Shown here: piece after piece, positions 26,757-37,900 of the stretch
How positions within the stretch are numbered: position 1 is the first letter of the stretch
Layout of the letters: each line of letters starts with the position of its first letter
Assembly (NCBI GenBank): GCA_903913865.1
Contig: CAIWMU010000149.1
Coordinates: forward strand, 151-64,150
Direction: 5' to 3'
Length of the DNA: 64,000 nt
Origin: an uncultured Verrucomicrobia subdivision 3 bacterium
GTDB taxonomy: Bacteria; Verrucomicrobiota; Verrucomicrobiia; Limisphaerales; UBA8199
Notes under the pieces: generated by a model
Database searches by the model: none
Told to the model about the DNA's origin: nothing
Seen by the model: only the letters and a program-made list of their open reading frames with translations
Made by a program: the position numbers and the translations under genes

Positions 26757-27050
26757 CCATAGTTTCCCCTTGGAATGGAGCAGACCGGCTTCGCAGCTTT
26801 CGAGTGTCAGGGTTTGTTTGCCCTGAAGGTCCCTGCTTTCGCACGTTTCACAAGGCATCCCTTTCAGGTTGGGCAGGACCCAAAGTCTGACGACCGATGG
26901 AGGGTGGTAGGGAGTATCCGCTTTCTCCGGCCGTGATTGCGATGGTTCCCCCACGGGATCCACCACATCGTGATTTTATCGTCGAAGCAGCAAAAATTTC
27001 GATTGCGTGAAAGAGGATTTGATCAGAGGATGGGGTATTCACATCACGCT

Positions 27051-27740
27051 ATGGCGGTAAAACTTGTACTCATCACGGGGGTCACACGCGGACTCGGTCG
27101 GGCCATGACCGAGGAATTCGCGCGTTTGGGTCATACTGTGATTGGATGTGCCCGTTCCAAGGACGGCGTTGAGCAGCTGCGCCGCCAACTGGGTGCCCCG
27201 CATGATTTCTACATGGTGGATGTGATGGTGGATGAGGCTGTGAAATCGTGGGCAAGCCTGCTCCTGAACACCTACGGCCCTCCCGACCTTGTGATCAACA
27301 ACGCCGGGCTGATTAATCGCAACGGAAGGCTTTGGGAGATTGGCGATCGTGAGTTTGCGGAGGTGATGGATGTGAACGTGCGCGGGATTGCCAACGTGAT
27401 CCGCTGGTTCGCGCCGGAGATGGTGCGTCGCAAACGTGGCGTTTTTGTGAACATGAGCTCCGGATGGGGACGTTCCACGGATGCTGAAATGGGTCCCTAT
27501 TGCTGCAGCAAATGGGCTGTGGAGGGGTTGACCCAGGCCTTCTCCCAGGAACTTCCCACCGGAATGGCTGCGGTGGCGCTTAATCCCGGAATCATCAACA
27601 CCGACATGCTCCGCAGCTGCTTTGGCTCAACCGCAGAGAATTACATTTCGCCCGACCAATGGGCCCGCCGCGCTGTTCCACTGCTCCTGAACCTCGGGCC
27701 TGCGAACAACGGCAAGCAGATGGACATCCCCCGTGTCTGA
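27051..27740 (+). CDS. Short-chain dehydrogenase/reductase (SDR)
   Basis: Trimmed to the ATG at 27051 (MAVKLVLITGVTRGLGRA, which carries TGxxxGxG). The catalytic YCCSK (YxxxK) and NNAG motifs are present. Confidence 0.85.
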   Translation: MAVKLVLITGVTRGLGRAMTEEFARLGHTVIGCARSKDGVEQLRRQLGAPHDFYMVDVMVDEAVKSWASLLLNTYGPPDLVINNAGLINRNGRLWEIGDREFAEVMDVNVRGIANVIRWFAPEMVRRKRGVFVNMSSGWGRSTDAEMGPYCCSKWAVEGLTQAFSQELPTGMAAVALNPGIINTDMLRSCFGSTAENYISPDQWARRAVPLLLNLGPANNGKQMDIPRV

Positions 27741-27830
27741 GGCACTATTGAATTCCTCATCCGGAGTGAGTTCTCCGGGTTGAAGTTCCGTCTCTGGAGT
27801 CATCCGCACTTTCATCCTGATGGCCTTTGC

Positions 27831-28682
27831 TCAGTTTGGGCGCTTTGCGGGAGGTTGGTAGTTCTTGTGCCAGTATTGTTCCCAAAGCTTTTCCAACCGG
27901 ACCACTTCCACATGACTGTCCGCAAAGTGAACACTGATCCCTCCCGGCAGGGGTGATCCTGAAGGCACCAGTTTTGGCGCTGCCGTGGCACTGGGAATAT
28001 TCCCATGCCGGGCGATGGTGATGCGTTGCATCCCGGCGTTGTTGCCCCCCTCGTATAGGTTGCGCGAGGGTGAATCTGTCGCGGTCGGCCAGGTGTCCAC
28101 CCACGTGGAATCGAAAAGCACCGGGGTTTTGGATGGAAACTGAATGGCACCCTCGGTCCGGAACTCCTTGGTGGCGTCATCGTTCGCGTAGAACCATCCA
28201 TTGAGTGCATAGCCCCCCTGATAGTTCGTGGTGCCATAAATCCATTTCCATGGTTGATCCGCCATCCCGAAACCACCGAGCAGGGTGTTCCGCTGCACCC
28301 AGGGATTTTGCTCCGGGGCCACAGGGCAGATACGCACTTTGTTCACTGCAGCGTAGTAATTGATCAGCTTTTTCATCCAGAGATCGTAGGAATCCCCCGG
28401 TGCCAGATAGGGCATGGTCTTGCCGGTGTCATTCACATACATGAAGTGGGCCATCCCCAACTGCTTGAGGTTACTCACACACTGCACGCCCTGGGCCTTG
28501 AACTTCGCCCGGCTCAGCGCGGGGAGCAGCATGGCGGCCAGAATCGCGATAATGGCAATCACCACCAGTAGTTCGATTAGCGTGAAAGCCCCAAAAAAGG
28601 AAGCCTCTGGGATGCGGTAGGGCACGGGGCGATTGTGACGCCGCGTGTCGGTGTTTGTCGTCGGGCTGTGGTGTGTGGTCAT
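27831..28682 (-). CDS. Prepilin-type N-terminal cleavage/methylation domain protein (DUF1559-like pseudopilin paralogue)
   Basis: It has [26 protein letters not shown] after a roughly 30-aa leader, and a C-terminal FADSHVEVV motif resembling the H-X9-DG type tail common in PVC bacteria. Confidence 0.9.
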   Translation of the reverse strand: MTTHHSPTTNTDTRRHNRPVPYRIPEASFFGAFTLIELLVVIAIIAILAAMLLPALSRAKFKAQGVQCVSNLKQLGMAHFMYVNDTGKTMPYLAPGDSYDLWMKKLINYYAAVNKVRICPVAPEQNPWVQRNTLLGGFGMADQPWKWIYGTTNYQGGYALNGWFYANDDATKEFRTEGAIQFPSKTPVLFDSTWVDTWPTATDSPSRNLYEGGNNAGMQRITIARHGNIPSATAAPKLVPSGSPLPGGISVHFADSHVEVVRLEKLWEQYWHKNYQPPAKRPN

Positions 28683-29277
28683 ATGAAAAAATCCTCGTCA
28701 GGCCTGGTTCCGGCTAAGTGGAGATTGCAATGAATTTTCTTTGCTGGCCAGAGACACCACCAGACTTCCGGTCAGAGGGACCGTGACCGGAGGATGCACC
28801 TGAAACGGAGGATGTTGCCTGCATATTGTTCATCGTGCGTGATCATCCCTCTGGCGGCACAACAGCAACAGACCAGAAGGACGTGTTGACAACTTTCTAT
28901 CAGAAGCGTTGTCCCAGAACAATCCTGACTTTTTCACAGCCAAAACGGTTTGGGACCTAGCATCCGATTATGGTCAGGAAGTGGCAGACATCGAAAGGGG
29001 GAGATTCGGGGAGCTGCTTCGGCACCGGGGCATCCCGGCGAATGGAAGGAATTGGGATCATTCGAATCCCAAACATCCCAACTCGCCTGGCGGACATCCG
29101 GGGTGGTTACAGGATTCTGAAACGTGACACCCAACAAAGCAGTAGGAAATTTGCATGCAGACATTTCAGGGCTTGCATTTTTGGAAGTGCGTGTGGCATT
29201 CTATGCCCGCGTGGCTGAAGAGCCGCTGTGTGGATGGAGCTTGCGAAATCCGCGCTGCTGGCAGGAAGTCGCGTTGT

Positions 29278-29353
<76 letters not shown>

Positions 29354-29552
29354 CTTCTCAAAATTCACCAGGACCGCCCTCTTTCCCACTTTTTGCTATC
29401 TCCGTCGTGGAATGACCTTGCAGGAGCCAGTCAAAAAAGCTGCGAATGTGGCGTTGTGACTGTTTGGGATGGATATTGGGAACTTCCACCTCCGAAATGT
29501 GTTGCCCTTGGAGAAATATCGGTCCATAAAGCCGTGGAAACACACCATACAT

Positions 29553-30215
29553 ATGCCTACCCCACGAAAAAAAGCCACTGGTAAGAGTATTGGTTCTTTC
29601 TGCCAGATCATCATCGTTTTGTTGGACTCGGACCCTCCCATCTGGCGGCGCTTGATCATACCGACCACCGCGAACCTTGGCTGGCTGCATGCGGCTGTCC
29701 AATTGTCCATGGGCTGGACCAACAGTCACCTTCACCAGTTCCTCCTTGATGAAAAGCGTTATTCGTGTCTGGACCACGATGTTTCCTTCGGGGAGGAGGA
29801 TCCGGATTTGCTCGACGAACGCAAATTCACCATCGGACAACTGCTTCCCAGTCCGGAACCTGTGTTAATCTACGAATATGACTTTGGCGATTCCTGGATG
29901 CACGCGATCAAAGTGGAGAAAGTTCTGGAGTCCAAACCGGCCGCAGACCAGATCGCAACCTGCATTGAGGGTGCTCGGGCCTGTCCACCAGACGATTGCG
30001 GTGGGGTTTGGGGCTACATGGAACTTCTCAAGGCGTTAAAAAACCGGAAACATCCGGATCACAAGCACATGAAAGAATGGGTGGGTGGGCGGTTTGACGC
30101 CGAGGCTTTTGATATGGACAACACAAACCTCTGGCTGGGCAATTTGAAGTGGCCCCACACCACCGAGGCCCAACTTAGAAAGATACTGATGGCGCGTGAC
30201 GGCTACCGTGAGTAG
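29553..30215 (+). CDS. pRiA4b ORF-3 / IS1096 TnpR-like family protein
   Basis: Trimmed to the ATG at 29553. The strings PPIWRRLIIPTTANLGWLHAAVQLSMGWTNSHLHQF, YEYDFGDSWMH and CPPDDCGGVWGY match my recollection of this family's signature. Confidence 0.75.
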   Translation: MPTPRKKATGKSIGSFCQIIIVLLDSDPPIWRRLIIPTTANLGWLHAAVQLSMGWTNSHLHQFLLDEKRYSCLDHDVSFGEEDPDLLDERKFTIGQLLPSPEPVLIYEYDFGDSWMHAIKVEKVLESKPAADQIATCIEGARACPPDDCGGVWGYMELLKALKNRKHPDHKHMKEWVGGRFDAEAFDMDNTNLWLGNLKWPHTTEAQLRKILMARDGYRE

Positions 30216-30283
30216 CCGTAGCCTCGAATACCTTCATCCAGTGTGTTGCCAGTCTCCGGAGGCCTTAGGGACCGGGTGGCGTT

Positions 30284-31483
30284 CTATTTGCCATAAGCCA
30301 GTTTCGCTGACTGCTCGAACACCGCGCGCGCCCGGGCGCCGTCAGCTGGAAACCCGTTATGCTGGACCATCCAAACGAGAACCAGTCCCTGTTTGTGGTC
30401 GATCTGCATATTTGTGGAGTAGGCACCCCCGTGACCGCACCAATCCGGGCCCACCGCCAACCCGAGTCCGTAGCCGTCCTTGAGGTCTGGAGCCGTTTGC
30501 CGGGTTGTCAGTTGCTTGATCGATTCTTCGGACAAGAGTCGCCTGCCTTTGTGAACGCCCCCGCTCAGGATCATCTGGCAGAATGATGCCGTGTCTCCCG
30601 CAGTGGAAAAGAGCCCTCCTGCGGGCATCGGATGGCGGCTCGCCCTATCCGATAGAGGGTAGCGCAGTTGGGTGATTGTCGTCTCTTCCAGTCCCGTCTT
30701 GCTTTGATTCGGTTTGTAGGATTTGGCCAATCGCTTGATCTGTTGTGCGTTCGGCCAGAAGGTCGTGTCCTTCATTCCGAGTGGTTTGAACAAGCGCAGG
30801 GTCATAAACTGCTCGTAAGCCATTCCGCTGACGACCTCGATGACGCGCCCTGCCGTGTTGATTCCGGCGTTGCTATACTGATACTTAGTGCCGGGTTGAA
30901 ATTGAAGCGGCATCATGGCATGGCTGCGGACGGCATCCCGCAGCGGCATTCCGTCAAGCGTCGGTTGCTCCATCGGGGATGAAAAAGGCAGACCACTGGT
31001 GTGGCTCAGAATTTCTCGGACGGTAATGGGATGGGCCGGTTTGCGAAGGAGGGTGTGGTCGGCGTCGCGTTCTACGACCAGCATTTGGTCCCGGAACTCC
31101 GGGAGATACTTTTCCACCGGGTCGTCCAGTCTCACGCGGCCTTCATCGACCAACATCATCACACACGCGGCTGTCATGGCCTTGGATTGTGAGGCGATCC
31201 AAAACAGCGCATCGTTCCTCATCGGGCGGTGCGCTGCGACATCAGACCAGCCAACGGAACCGACACTGAGCACTTTGTCACCTGTGGCCACGAGCATCAC
31301 CGCGCCTGCAAGAGCTTTCCGATCAACGAATGGGACCACGGCGCTGGAGATGGTCTTTGAGCCTTCCGGGGCCTCCAGTGCGATCCCAACCGCAGGGAGA
31401 AAGGCCATGTGGAACAAAAGGAGGCCCATGCGAATGCCCATATACGGCCGAAGATTTTTCATGTTTCGGAGCATGATCGACAA
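30284..31483 (-). CDS. Serine hydrolase of the beta-lactamase / PBP class C-like family
   Basis: It has a signal peptide, the SxxK motif (ASQSKAMT), YxN (YSNAG) and an HGG triad substitute (CGHGGA). Confidence 0.88.
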   Translation of the reverse strand: MSIMLRNMKNLRPYMGIRMGLLLFHMAFLPAVGIALEAPEGSKTISSAVVPFVDRKALAGAVMLVATGDKVLSVGSVGWSDVAAHRPMRNDALFWIASQSKAMTAACVMMLVDEGRVRLDDPVEKYLPEFRDQMLVVERDADHTLLRKPAHPITVREILSHTSGLPFSSPMEQPTLDGMPLRDAVRSHAMMPLQFQPGTKYQYSNAGINTAGRVIEVVSGMAYEQFMTLRLFKPLGMKDTTFWPNAQQIKRLAKSYKPNQSKTGLEETTITQLRYPLSDRASRHPMPAGGLFSTAGDTASFCQMILSGGVHKGRRLLSEESIKQLTTRQTAPDLKDGYGLGLAVGPDWCGHGGAYSTNMQIDHKQGLVLVWMVQHNGFPADGARARAVFEQSAKLAYGK

Positions 31484-31734
31484 CGGGTGGCTGAATCAAC
31501 TGCGAAGTTGGTGAAGGGGGGCTGGGTTGGATTCCCGTTAGACCCAAGTCTGTTTCTACTCCGGAATCCCGGGCCAGCGGGGCGGATCATCAAGACGCCA
31601 GCTGGTGAGCGATACAGGGGTTGTCCGGTTCTGGTCGGCGGTCGCAGGGGCCGTGTGAGAAAGTCGTGGTCGCTTGTGCCAGGTTCGCTTGATTGGGGCA
31701 GGGGAAAGCCCTAAAATGCCGCCAACGCACCGTG

Positions 31735-34704
31735 ATGAGACTGCTGCTCGCTCTACTGCTTGGCGTCCAAGCCCTGATGCTGTCGGGTTCCAGCCTTTTG
31801 GCGGGGCCATCCAATCCGGATTGGTTTGCTCGCGACTGGCAGACGGATGATGGTCTGCCGGACAGCATCGTTTACGGTGTGGAGCAGAGTTCGAGTGGTT
31901 ATTTGTGGGTGGGCACACATTCGGGTCTAATTCGATTTGACGGCGAACGTTTCACTTCGTGGCCGCTGCCGATCGCTTCCGCCCCGTGGATCCGGGCGAT
32001 GATGCTGGGGCGGGATGAAACCTTGTGGATGGTGATCGAATCCGGAGAGGGATTTTTGCTTGGCGTTTCAAAGGATGCGACCAACCTGTTTCGTTTTCCA
32101 AGATATTCGGTAACCGGTATCGCCGAGACGCCAGATGGAACCGTGTGGGTAGGTCATGTAGAGGGGCATATTTCCAGCTTCAGGAATGGAAGGACCCGAC
32201 AATTCGGGACTTCCGAAGGGTTGACAGGAATTGGTGGTTGCCGGGTGGTCACAGACATCGAGGGGCGGTTGTGGTTCACGAAGGGGGGGATGGTGGGAAC
32301 GATCGAAGAGGGGAAGGTTCGAAGGCGGCTGCCCCTGAGCGGAGAAACCGCCCGCATTGCACCGGCGCGTGGAGGTGGTATTTGGATTCTGAACGGGAGC
32401 CACCTTCTCAAATCGAGTGACGGTCAATCCACAGACACTCTCGGTGAGTGGCCATCGACCCCGGCTGGCGTTGTTCCCTCAGTTATCTATGAGGACAGCG
32501 CTGGAGGATTGTGGGTTGGCACGTCAGCCGGAGGATTGTTTTTCTGGGATGGCAACGCGTTTCTATCGGTGCGAACGTCGCACAATGTGATCAACTGCAT
32601 CAGGGAGGATCGCGAGGGCAACCTCTGGGTGGGCACTGGCGGTGGAGGCTTGAACCGATTGCGAAAACGAGCAATCGCCTTCCAATCCCCGGCGACAGGC
32701 CTGCCATTTGAAAGTGTGCGGTCATTGTGTGAGGCCAATTCCGGTGACATTTGGGCAGTCAGTCAGCGCGGGGATGTGTGGCGGCAGATGAACCAGCAGT
32801 GGTATCCGGTTCCCAGCCCTGGCGCATGGTCCGAAGGACATGCAACCTGTGTGGCGGCGGATGCGCATGGGGCTGTGTGGATTGGGACCGATCAAGGTGG
32901 ATTGCATCGGTGGCAGGAGGGGCAGGTCAGGTCTTTCGGTCAGAGGGATGGCGGAGTCGGCGGGTGGGTGCGTTCACTGTTGGTCGCCAGAAACGGCGAT
33001 GTCTGGATAGGTCTCGAATCCAGCAATTGTGTCAGCCGCCTGCGACAGGATCAGTTGGCGGTGTTCCCTCTCCCGCCCGGCAGCCTCTCCGTGCGGGCTA
33101 TGGCTGAAGATGGTGCAGGAAACATTTGGATGGGCACTTCAGCAGGAAAGCTTTACTGCTCCAATGATGGCGGTTTGTCGGACGAAACTCCCCGAATGAC
33201 GGGCCCGCCTTCGCCGGTCCGTTGTCTGCGTAGCACGCCGGATGGGAGTTTGTGGATTGGCTATGCCGGGGCAGGTGTGGGTTGGTTGCACAATGGAGAG
33301 TTCTCCCGCTTTGGTATTGAGGAGGGGCTTCCGGACAACTACATCTGCGGAATCGAACAGGACGACAAGGGAGCTCTTTGGTTCAGTTCCCGCCGGGGGA
33401 TCTTCCAGGTGCGCCAATCTGACTTTGTGGAGGCGGTGGGGAGACCTGGGGCGCCGTTGATGGCCGTCATGTTTGGGCGGAATGAAGGGTTGGTGAATGT
33501 GCATGGGGTTTTCGGGGCATGGCCGAACACAGCGCGGGGTCACGATGGGCGGATCTGGTTCGCGACGGTGTCAGGAGTCGTGGTTGTCTCACCGCTGCAG
33601 ACAGGCACGAATCGTGGTCCGCCAGCGGTGATGATCGCAAGATTACTGGTGGATGGCCATCCGCAAGAGATTGCTGCGGGTGGGGGTATCAGGGTTGATC
33701 CAGGGCATCGAAAACTGGCCGTGGAATGTGTCGCGCTCAATCTCGCGGCACCGGAGACCACCCTGTTTAGATACCGGTTGCACGGATTGGATGATCATTG
33801 GAGCGAGCCGACCAAATACAGGGATTTCACGTTCCCACGCCTGCCTGCCGGGGGATATGAATTTGAGGTCACTGCCTGCAATGAGGCCCGCCTTTGGAAT
33901 CCTGAGGGGGCGAGTTTGCGATTTGAGGTCGAGCCGTTTCTGTGGCAACGCTGGTGGTTTCGGTTCGGAGTGCTGGGCGGGTTGCTGGGACTGGTTGGCG
34001 CCATTGTGCGTTACTGGTCGAACCGCCGGTTGCGGAGGGAACTGAAGCTCCTGAAGCAGCGGGAGGAGTTGGAAAAAGAGCGGACGCGGATCGCTCGCGA
34101 TTTGCACGATGATCTCGGCAGCAGTCTGGCGGAAATCAGCTTCCTTGGCTGGTTCTCGGAATCAGCTGAAGTTGATCCTGCGGAATTACGAATCCGATTC
34201 GACAACATCGTCGAACGAACACGCCGGATGACTAGATCGCTGGACGAAATTGTCTGGGCGGTGAATCCGGCCAACGACACCTTGAAGGCCACCGTCAATT
34301 ATCTGGGGTCGCGCGCCCAGGAGCACCTGCGTGCAGCGCAAGTGCGCTGTCGGCTTGACGTGCAGGAGGAGCTTCCCAATTTTGTGCTTCCATCACAGGT
34401 GCGCTACAACCTTCTGCTGGCGGTGACGGAAGCCATGACCAACGTGATGAAGCACGCAGTGGCTTCCGAGGTGTGGCTGCGGATCGCGGTCAAGGGGGAG
34501 AATCTGATCATTCGTGTGGAGGATGATGGAAAAGGTCTTGCTCCGGACGAGCTTCGAGAGGGTCGCAATGGTCTCTCGAACATGCAGCGGCGCTGTCAGG
34601 AGTTGGGCGGGGAGTTTTTGATTGAAAGCGTTAAAGGCGGGGGGACAATGGTCATGTTCACACTCTCCTTGACCCAACTGCGGATCGGCAGGGTGTCCCA
34701 TTGA
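31735..34704 (+). CDS. Sensor histidine kinase: periplasmic double beta-propeller + Y_Y_Y domain, TM helix, HisKA_3, HATPase_c
   Basis: The ATG at 31735 gives MRLLLALLLGVQALM. Many two-component-regulator-propeller repeats are present (DGLPDSIVYGVEQSSSGYLWVGT, GGLWVGTSAGGL and others). The Y_Y_Y string is FRYRLHGLDDHWSE...GGYEFEV. The TM helix is WWFRFGVLGGLLGLVGAIV. The H-box is RIARDLHDDLGSSL and the ATPase G-boxes are EDDGKGL and GLSNMQRR. Confidence 0.9.
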   Translation: MRLLLALLLGVQALMLSGSSLLAGPSNPDWFARDWQTDDGLPDSIVYGVEQSSSGYLWVGTHSGLIRFDGERFTSWPLPIASAPWIRAMMLGRDETLWMVIESGEGFLLGVSKDATNLFRFPRYSVTGIAETPDGTVWVGHVEGHISSFRNGRTRQFGTSEGLTGIGGCRVVTDIEGRLWFTKGGMVGTIEEGKVRRRLPLSGETARIAPARGGGIWILNGSHLLKSSDGQSTDTLGEWPSTPAGVVPSVIYEDSAGGLWVGTSAGGLFFWDGNAFLSVRTSHNVINCIREDREGNLWVGTGGGGLNRLRKRAIAFQSPATGLPFESVRSLCEANSGDIWAVSQRGDVWRQMNQQWYPVPSPGAWSEGHATCVAADAHGAVWIGTDQGGLHRWQEGQVRSFGQRDGGVGGWVRSLLVARNGDVWIGLESSNCVSRLRQDQLAVFPLPPGSLSVRAMAEDGAGNIWMGTSAGKLYCSNDGGLSDETPRMTGPPSPVRCLRSTPDGSLWIGYAGAGVGWLHNGEFSRFGIEEGLPDNYICGIEQDDKGALWFSSRRGIFQVRQSDFVEAVGRPGAPLMAVMFGRNEGLVNVHGVFGAWPNTARGHDGRIWFATVSGVVVVSPLQTGTNRGPPAVMIARLLVDGHPQEIAAGGGIRVDPGHRKLAVECVALNLAAPETTLFRYRLHGLDDHWSEPTKYRDFTFPRLPAGGYEFEVTACNEARLWNPEGASLRFEVEPFLWQRWWFRFGVLGGLLGLVGAIVRYWSNRRLRRELKLLKQREELEKERTRIARDLHDDLGSSLAEISFLGWFSESAEVDPAELRIRFDNIVERTRRMTRSLDEIVWAVNPANDTLKATVNYLGSRAQEHLRAAQVRCRLDVQEELPNFVLPSQVRYNLLLAVTEAMTNVMKHAVASEVWLRIAVKGENLIIRVEDDGKGLAPDELREGRNGLSNMQRRCQELGGEFLIESVKGGGTMVMFTLSLTQLRIGRVSH

Positions 34705-34990
34705 CCGGGTTGGGGTGGCTGAGCCTCGTGTTGTGTTTGCGTCAAAAAACCACCTGTTTAGGGGGGTGCCACAAATGCCGCCGGATGACAGAATAGCACA
34801 AGCCCATGGATGTGTGAACCCGTGTTTTCATTTGAAACGAAGCGGTCCCTTGGAAGTTGCTGCTTTGATTCATGCCGGTGCACGAACTGGACTGACTCCG
34901 ATCAAACAGGAATGCTGGTCGAAAACGCGGCTGGAATCTTGATTCCGCCATGTAAAGCACAGAGCAAAAATACAGAACAAAAATAGTGTA

Positions 34991-37900
34991 ATGAAGAAGA
35001 TAGGCGCAAACCAACAAACATCGGCCATAGGTGCCCCCAATAGTTCAAAAAGCCTCAGGACTCTTACTCTGCGTGACCTCGCTTGTTTGATGGGGCCCTC
35101 CAGATTGGCAGTGGCTCTGCTCATGTTCCAGGGGTTAACAGCCCCTGCCCAGACCTACCTTGTTGATTTTGGATCGACCGGTTCAGCCAATACCACCACG
35201 CTGGGGTCGAGTCCCAACGATCCGCAGAATTATTGGAACAATTTAACCACGACAATCGGTCAGACCGCGAATGGGGTGCTCACCAATCTGGTTTCCTCGT
35301 TAAATCAAACCAGCGCGATCAGCATAAAAATGATCAGCCGCTTCAATGGAGCGAACACCGTTGGAACCACGCTCTCCACCCTTTACCCTGTGAACTCCAC
35401 CAAGGATTCACTTTATGGAAACACTGAGAGTTTCAACAGCCTCACCAATATTTTCCCAAGCTTCAAGCTGACCGGGTTGGCCACCAACACCACCTATAGC
35501 CTCAGCTTTTTTGCGTCGCGCAGTGGGGCCTCGGACAACCGGGAGACCGGCTATAGTGTCAGCGGGGCGAACAGCAATTACACCATTTTGAATGCTTCGA
35601 CCGCCATCGATAACACGGGGCAGGTGCAGGGCGTTTTACCAAGCGCCGCAGGGGAAATAATCATCAGTCTTGCACCTACTCCGGCCAACAATAGCGCGCA
35701 ACATTTCACATATCTGGGGGTGCTCCAAGTGGACGCCATCCCGCCGCAGACACCGCTGGCCTTCAACCTCGAGCCCGTCAGCAAAAAGGTCCAGCAAACC
35801 AAACCGGTCACATTCTCATGTTCGGTGACCGGCTCGCCGCCGTATACCGTGCAGTGGTATGAAAATGGTAGTCCGATTGCCGGTTGGCACCAGTTCTACT
35901 ATACGGTTCCCTCCGCCGACCTTTCCATGAACGGATACCGATATTCCGTGACCGTCAGCAATCTGGTTTACGCCATCGCCAGCACCAACGCCGTGCTCAC
36001 TGTGCTTAGCGATACCAACCCCCCCACGGTCATCAAAGCAGCCAGTTACGACGGGGGATCGATTCTGTTGACTTTCAGCGAACCTCTGGAAGTCAGCACG
36101 CCTTTGAATCCGGCAAACTATATCGTGAATGCCGGGGCGGTGCCGGTGTCTGGGGCAACACTCGTTGGGGACAGCCAGTCAGTCGTTCTGGCACTTTCTG
36201 CCTCGATCACGGGCTCATTCACAGTCGTTCTCAACAACATTCAGGATATCGCTGGCAACACCATCGCTCCCAATACGAGCATCAATGGAAACGTTGTCGC
36301 TATTGAAGACCAGAGTTTCCTGTTGGATTTTGGAGGGGCTAATACGACGGAGGTCGGTCCGAGTCCGGATGACCCCAACAACTTCTGGAACAACGTGAAC
36401 TCGAGCGTCTCTGCCTCGGATACAGGAGAGTTGCAGAATCTTGTTTCCGTTCACAGTGCCCAGACAACCCTGGGTTTGGTGATGATCCGCAGGTTCAATG
36501 GCATCAACGAAAATGGCACTCTGGTTTCCACGGTCTTCCCCCAGGATGCGGCTCGGGACTCCATGTATGGAAACACTGAGGCCTTTAGTGCTGGTGCAGA
36601 CTTCTTCCCGAGTTTCAAACTCACCGGCCTGAATCCGGGACGGGCATACAACCTGACCTTCTATGCGTCGCGCGCCGACGTAACGGACAATCGGGAGACT
36701 GGCTATACCGTAGTGGGGGCGAATGCAGGGTTCACCGCCTTGAACGCCGCCAACAATGTCGACAACACAGCAAAGGTGGAGGCGATCTTTCCGACCCTAT
36801 CAGGGGAGGTCAGCGTCAGTCTGGCACCGACAACAAACAACAACAACGCGAACCATTTCACCTATTTGGGTCTCCTGCAGTTATCCCCCGGTGTGGTTCC
36901 TCCGCAAAGTGCCTTGTCGTTCACCAAACAACCGGTGAGTCAGAGAGTTGCCCAACTTAAGCCGGTCACCTTCACTTGCGAGGTTGCTGGTCCTCCACCC
37001 TATTTTGTCCAATGGTATGAGAATGGGCAACCCGTATCTGGTGCCAACGGCTTGAGCTATAAGATTGATGCCGCGCAGTTGCAGATGAATGGAGCGTATT
37101 ATGCCGTGACCGTCAGTAATCTGGTTTACGGGGTTAGGAGCACAAATGCCGTGCTGACAGTCAACTCTGATACCAACCCGCCGTCCTTGATCAAAGCCGT
37201 CGGTTACAGCGGAACCACCGTAGAGTTGACCTTCAGTGAGCCTTTGGATGCCACCACAGCGATCGATCCTGCCAATTACAAGGTGGACAACGGGGTGGTT
37301 GCTGTAATAGCAGCCAACTTAAGCACGGATGGATTAAAGGTCACGTTGACTCTGGACACGACTTTTACGACATCGTTCGGTGTGGAGGTCCGCAATGTGC
37401 TGGATCTGGCTGGCAACCTGATCGCCAGCAGCAGTCGTGTCACCGGCAGCGTGGTGGCTATCGAGGACCAGGACCTCCTCATCGATTTTGGTGGTGCAAG
37501 TCTTACCCTGCACGGTGCCTCGCCAGACGATCCAATCAATTATTGGAACAGCATTTCCACGGACGTTGGTGCTGCAGACACAGGTGTGTCGCCCAATCTC
37601 GTAACCTCGCACAACACGACATCCCTCGTGGGCTTGAGCATGATCAGTCGTTTCGGGGGAGCAAACACTGCAGGAACGACAGCGTCTGCCCTCTTCCCGC
37701 AAAACGCAACGCGGGATACCCTGTATGGCAACACCGAGGTCTTCAGCGGGGCCAGTAATATCTTCCCTAGCTTCAAGCTGACCGGATTGAACCCGGCCCG
37801 CAAATATGACCTCACGTTTTTCGCGTCGCGCATCGGCGTGAGCGACATTCGCGAGACTGGTTACAGTGTGAGTGGCGCGAATAGCAACTACACCCGCTTG

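Noticed and set aside
26751-26966. 71-aa minus-strand ORF with a CETC string in the DnaJ/SDR spacer, considered as a small zinc-ribbon protein
   Set aside because: It has only one CxxC pair plus a lone Cys, no second pair, no recognisable family, and it overlaps the DnaJ stop region.
29052-29072. T-arm-like hairpin TTGGGAT-cattcga-ATCCCAA upstream of tRNA-Phe, considered as a tRNA fragment or att-site remnant
   Set aside because: No acceptor, D or anticodon arms can be drawn around it, and it does not match the 3' end of the adjacent tRNA-Phe.
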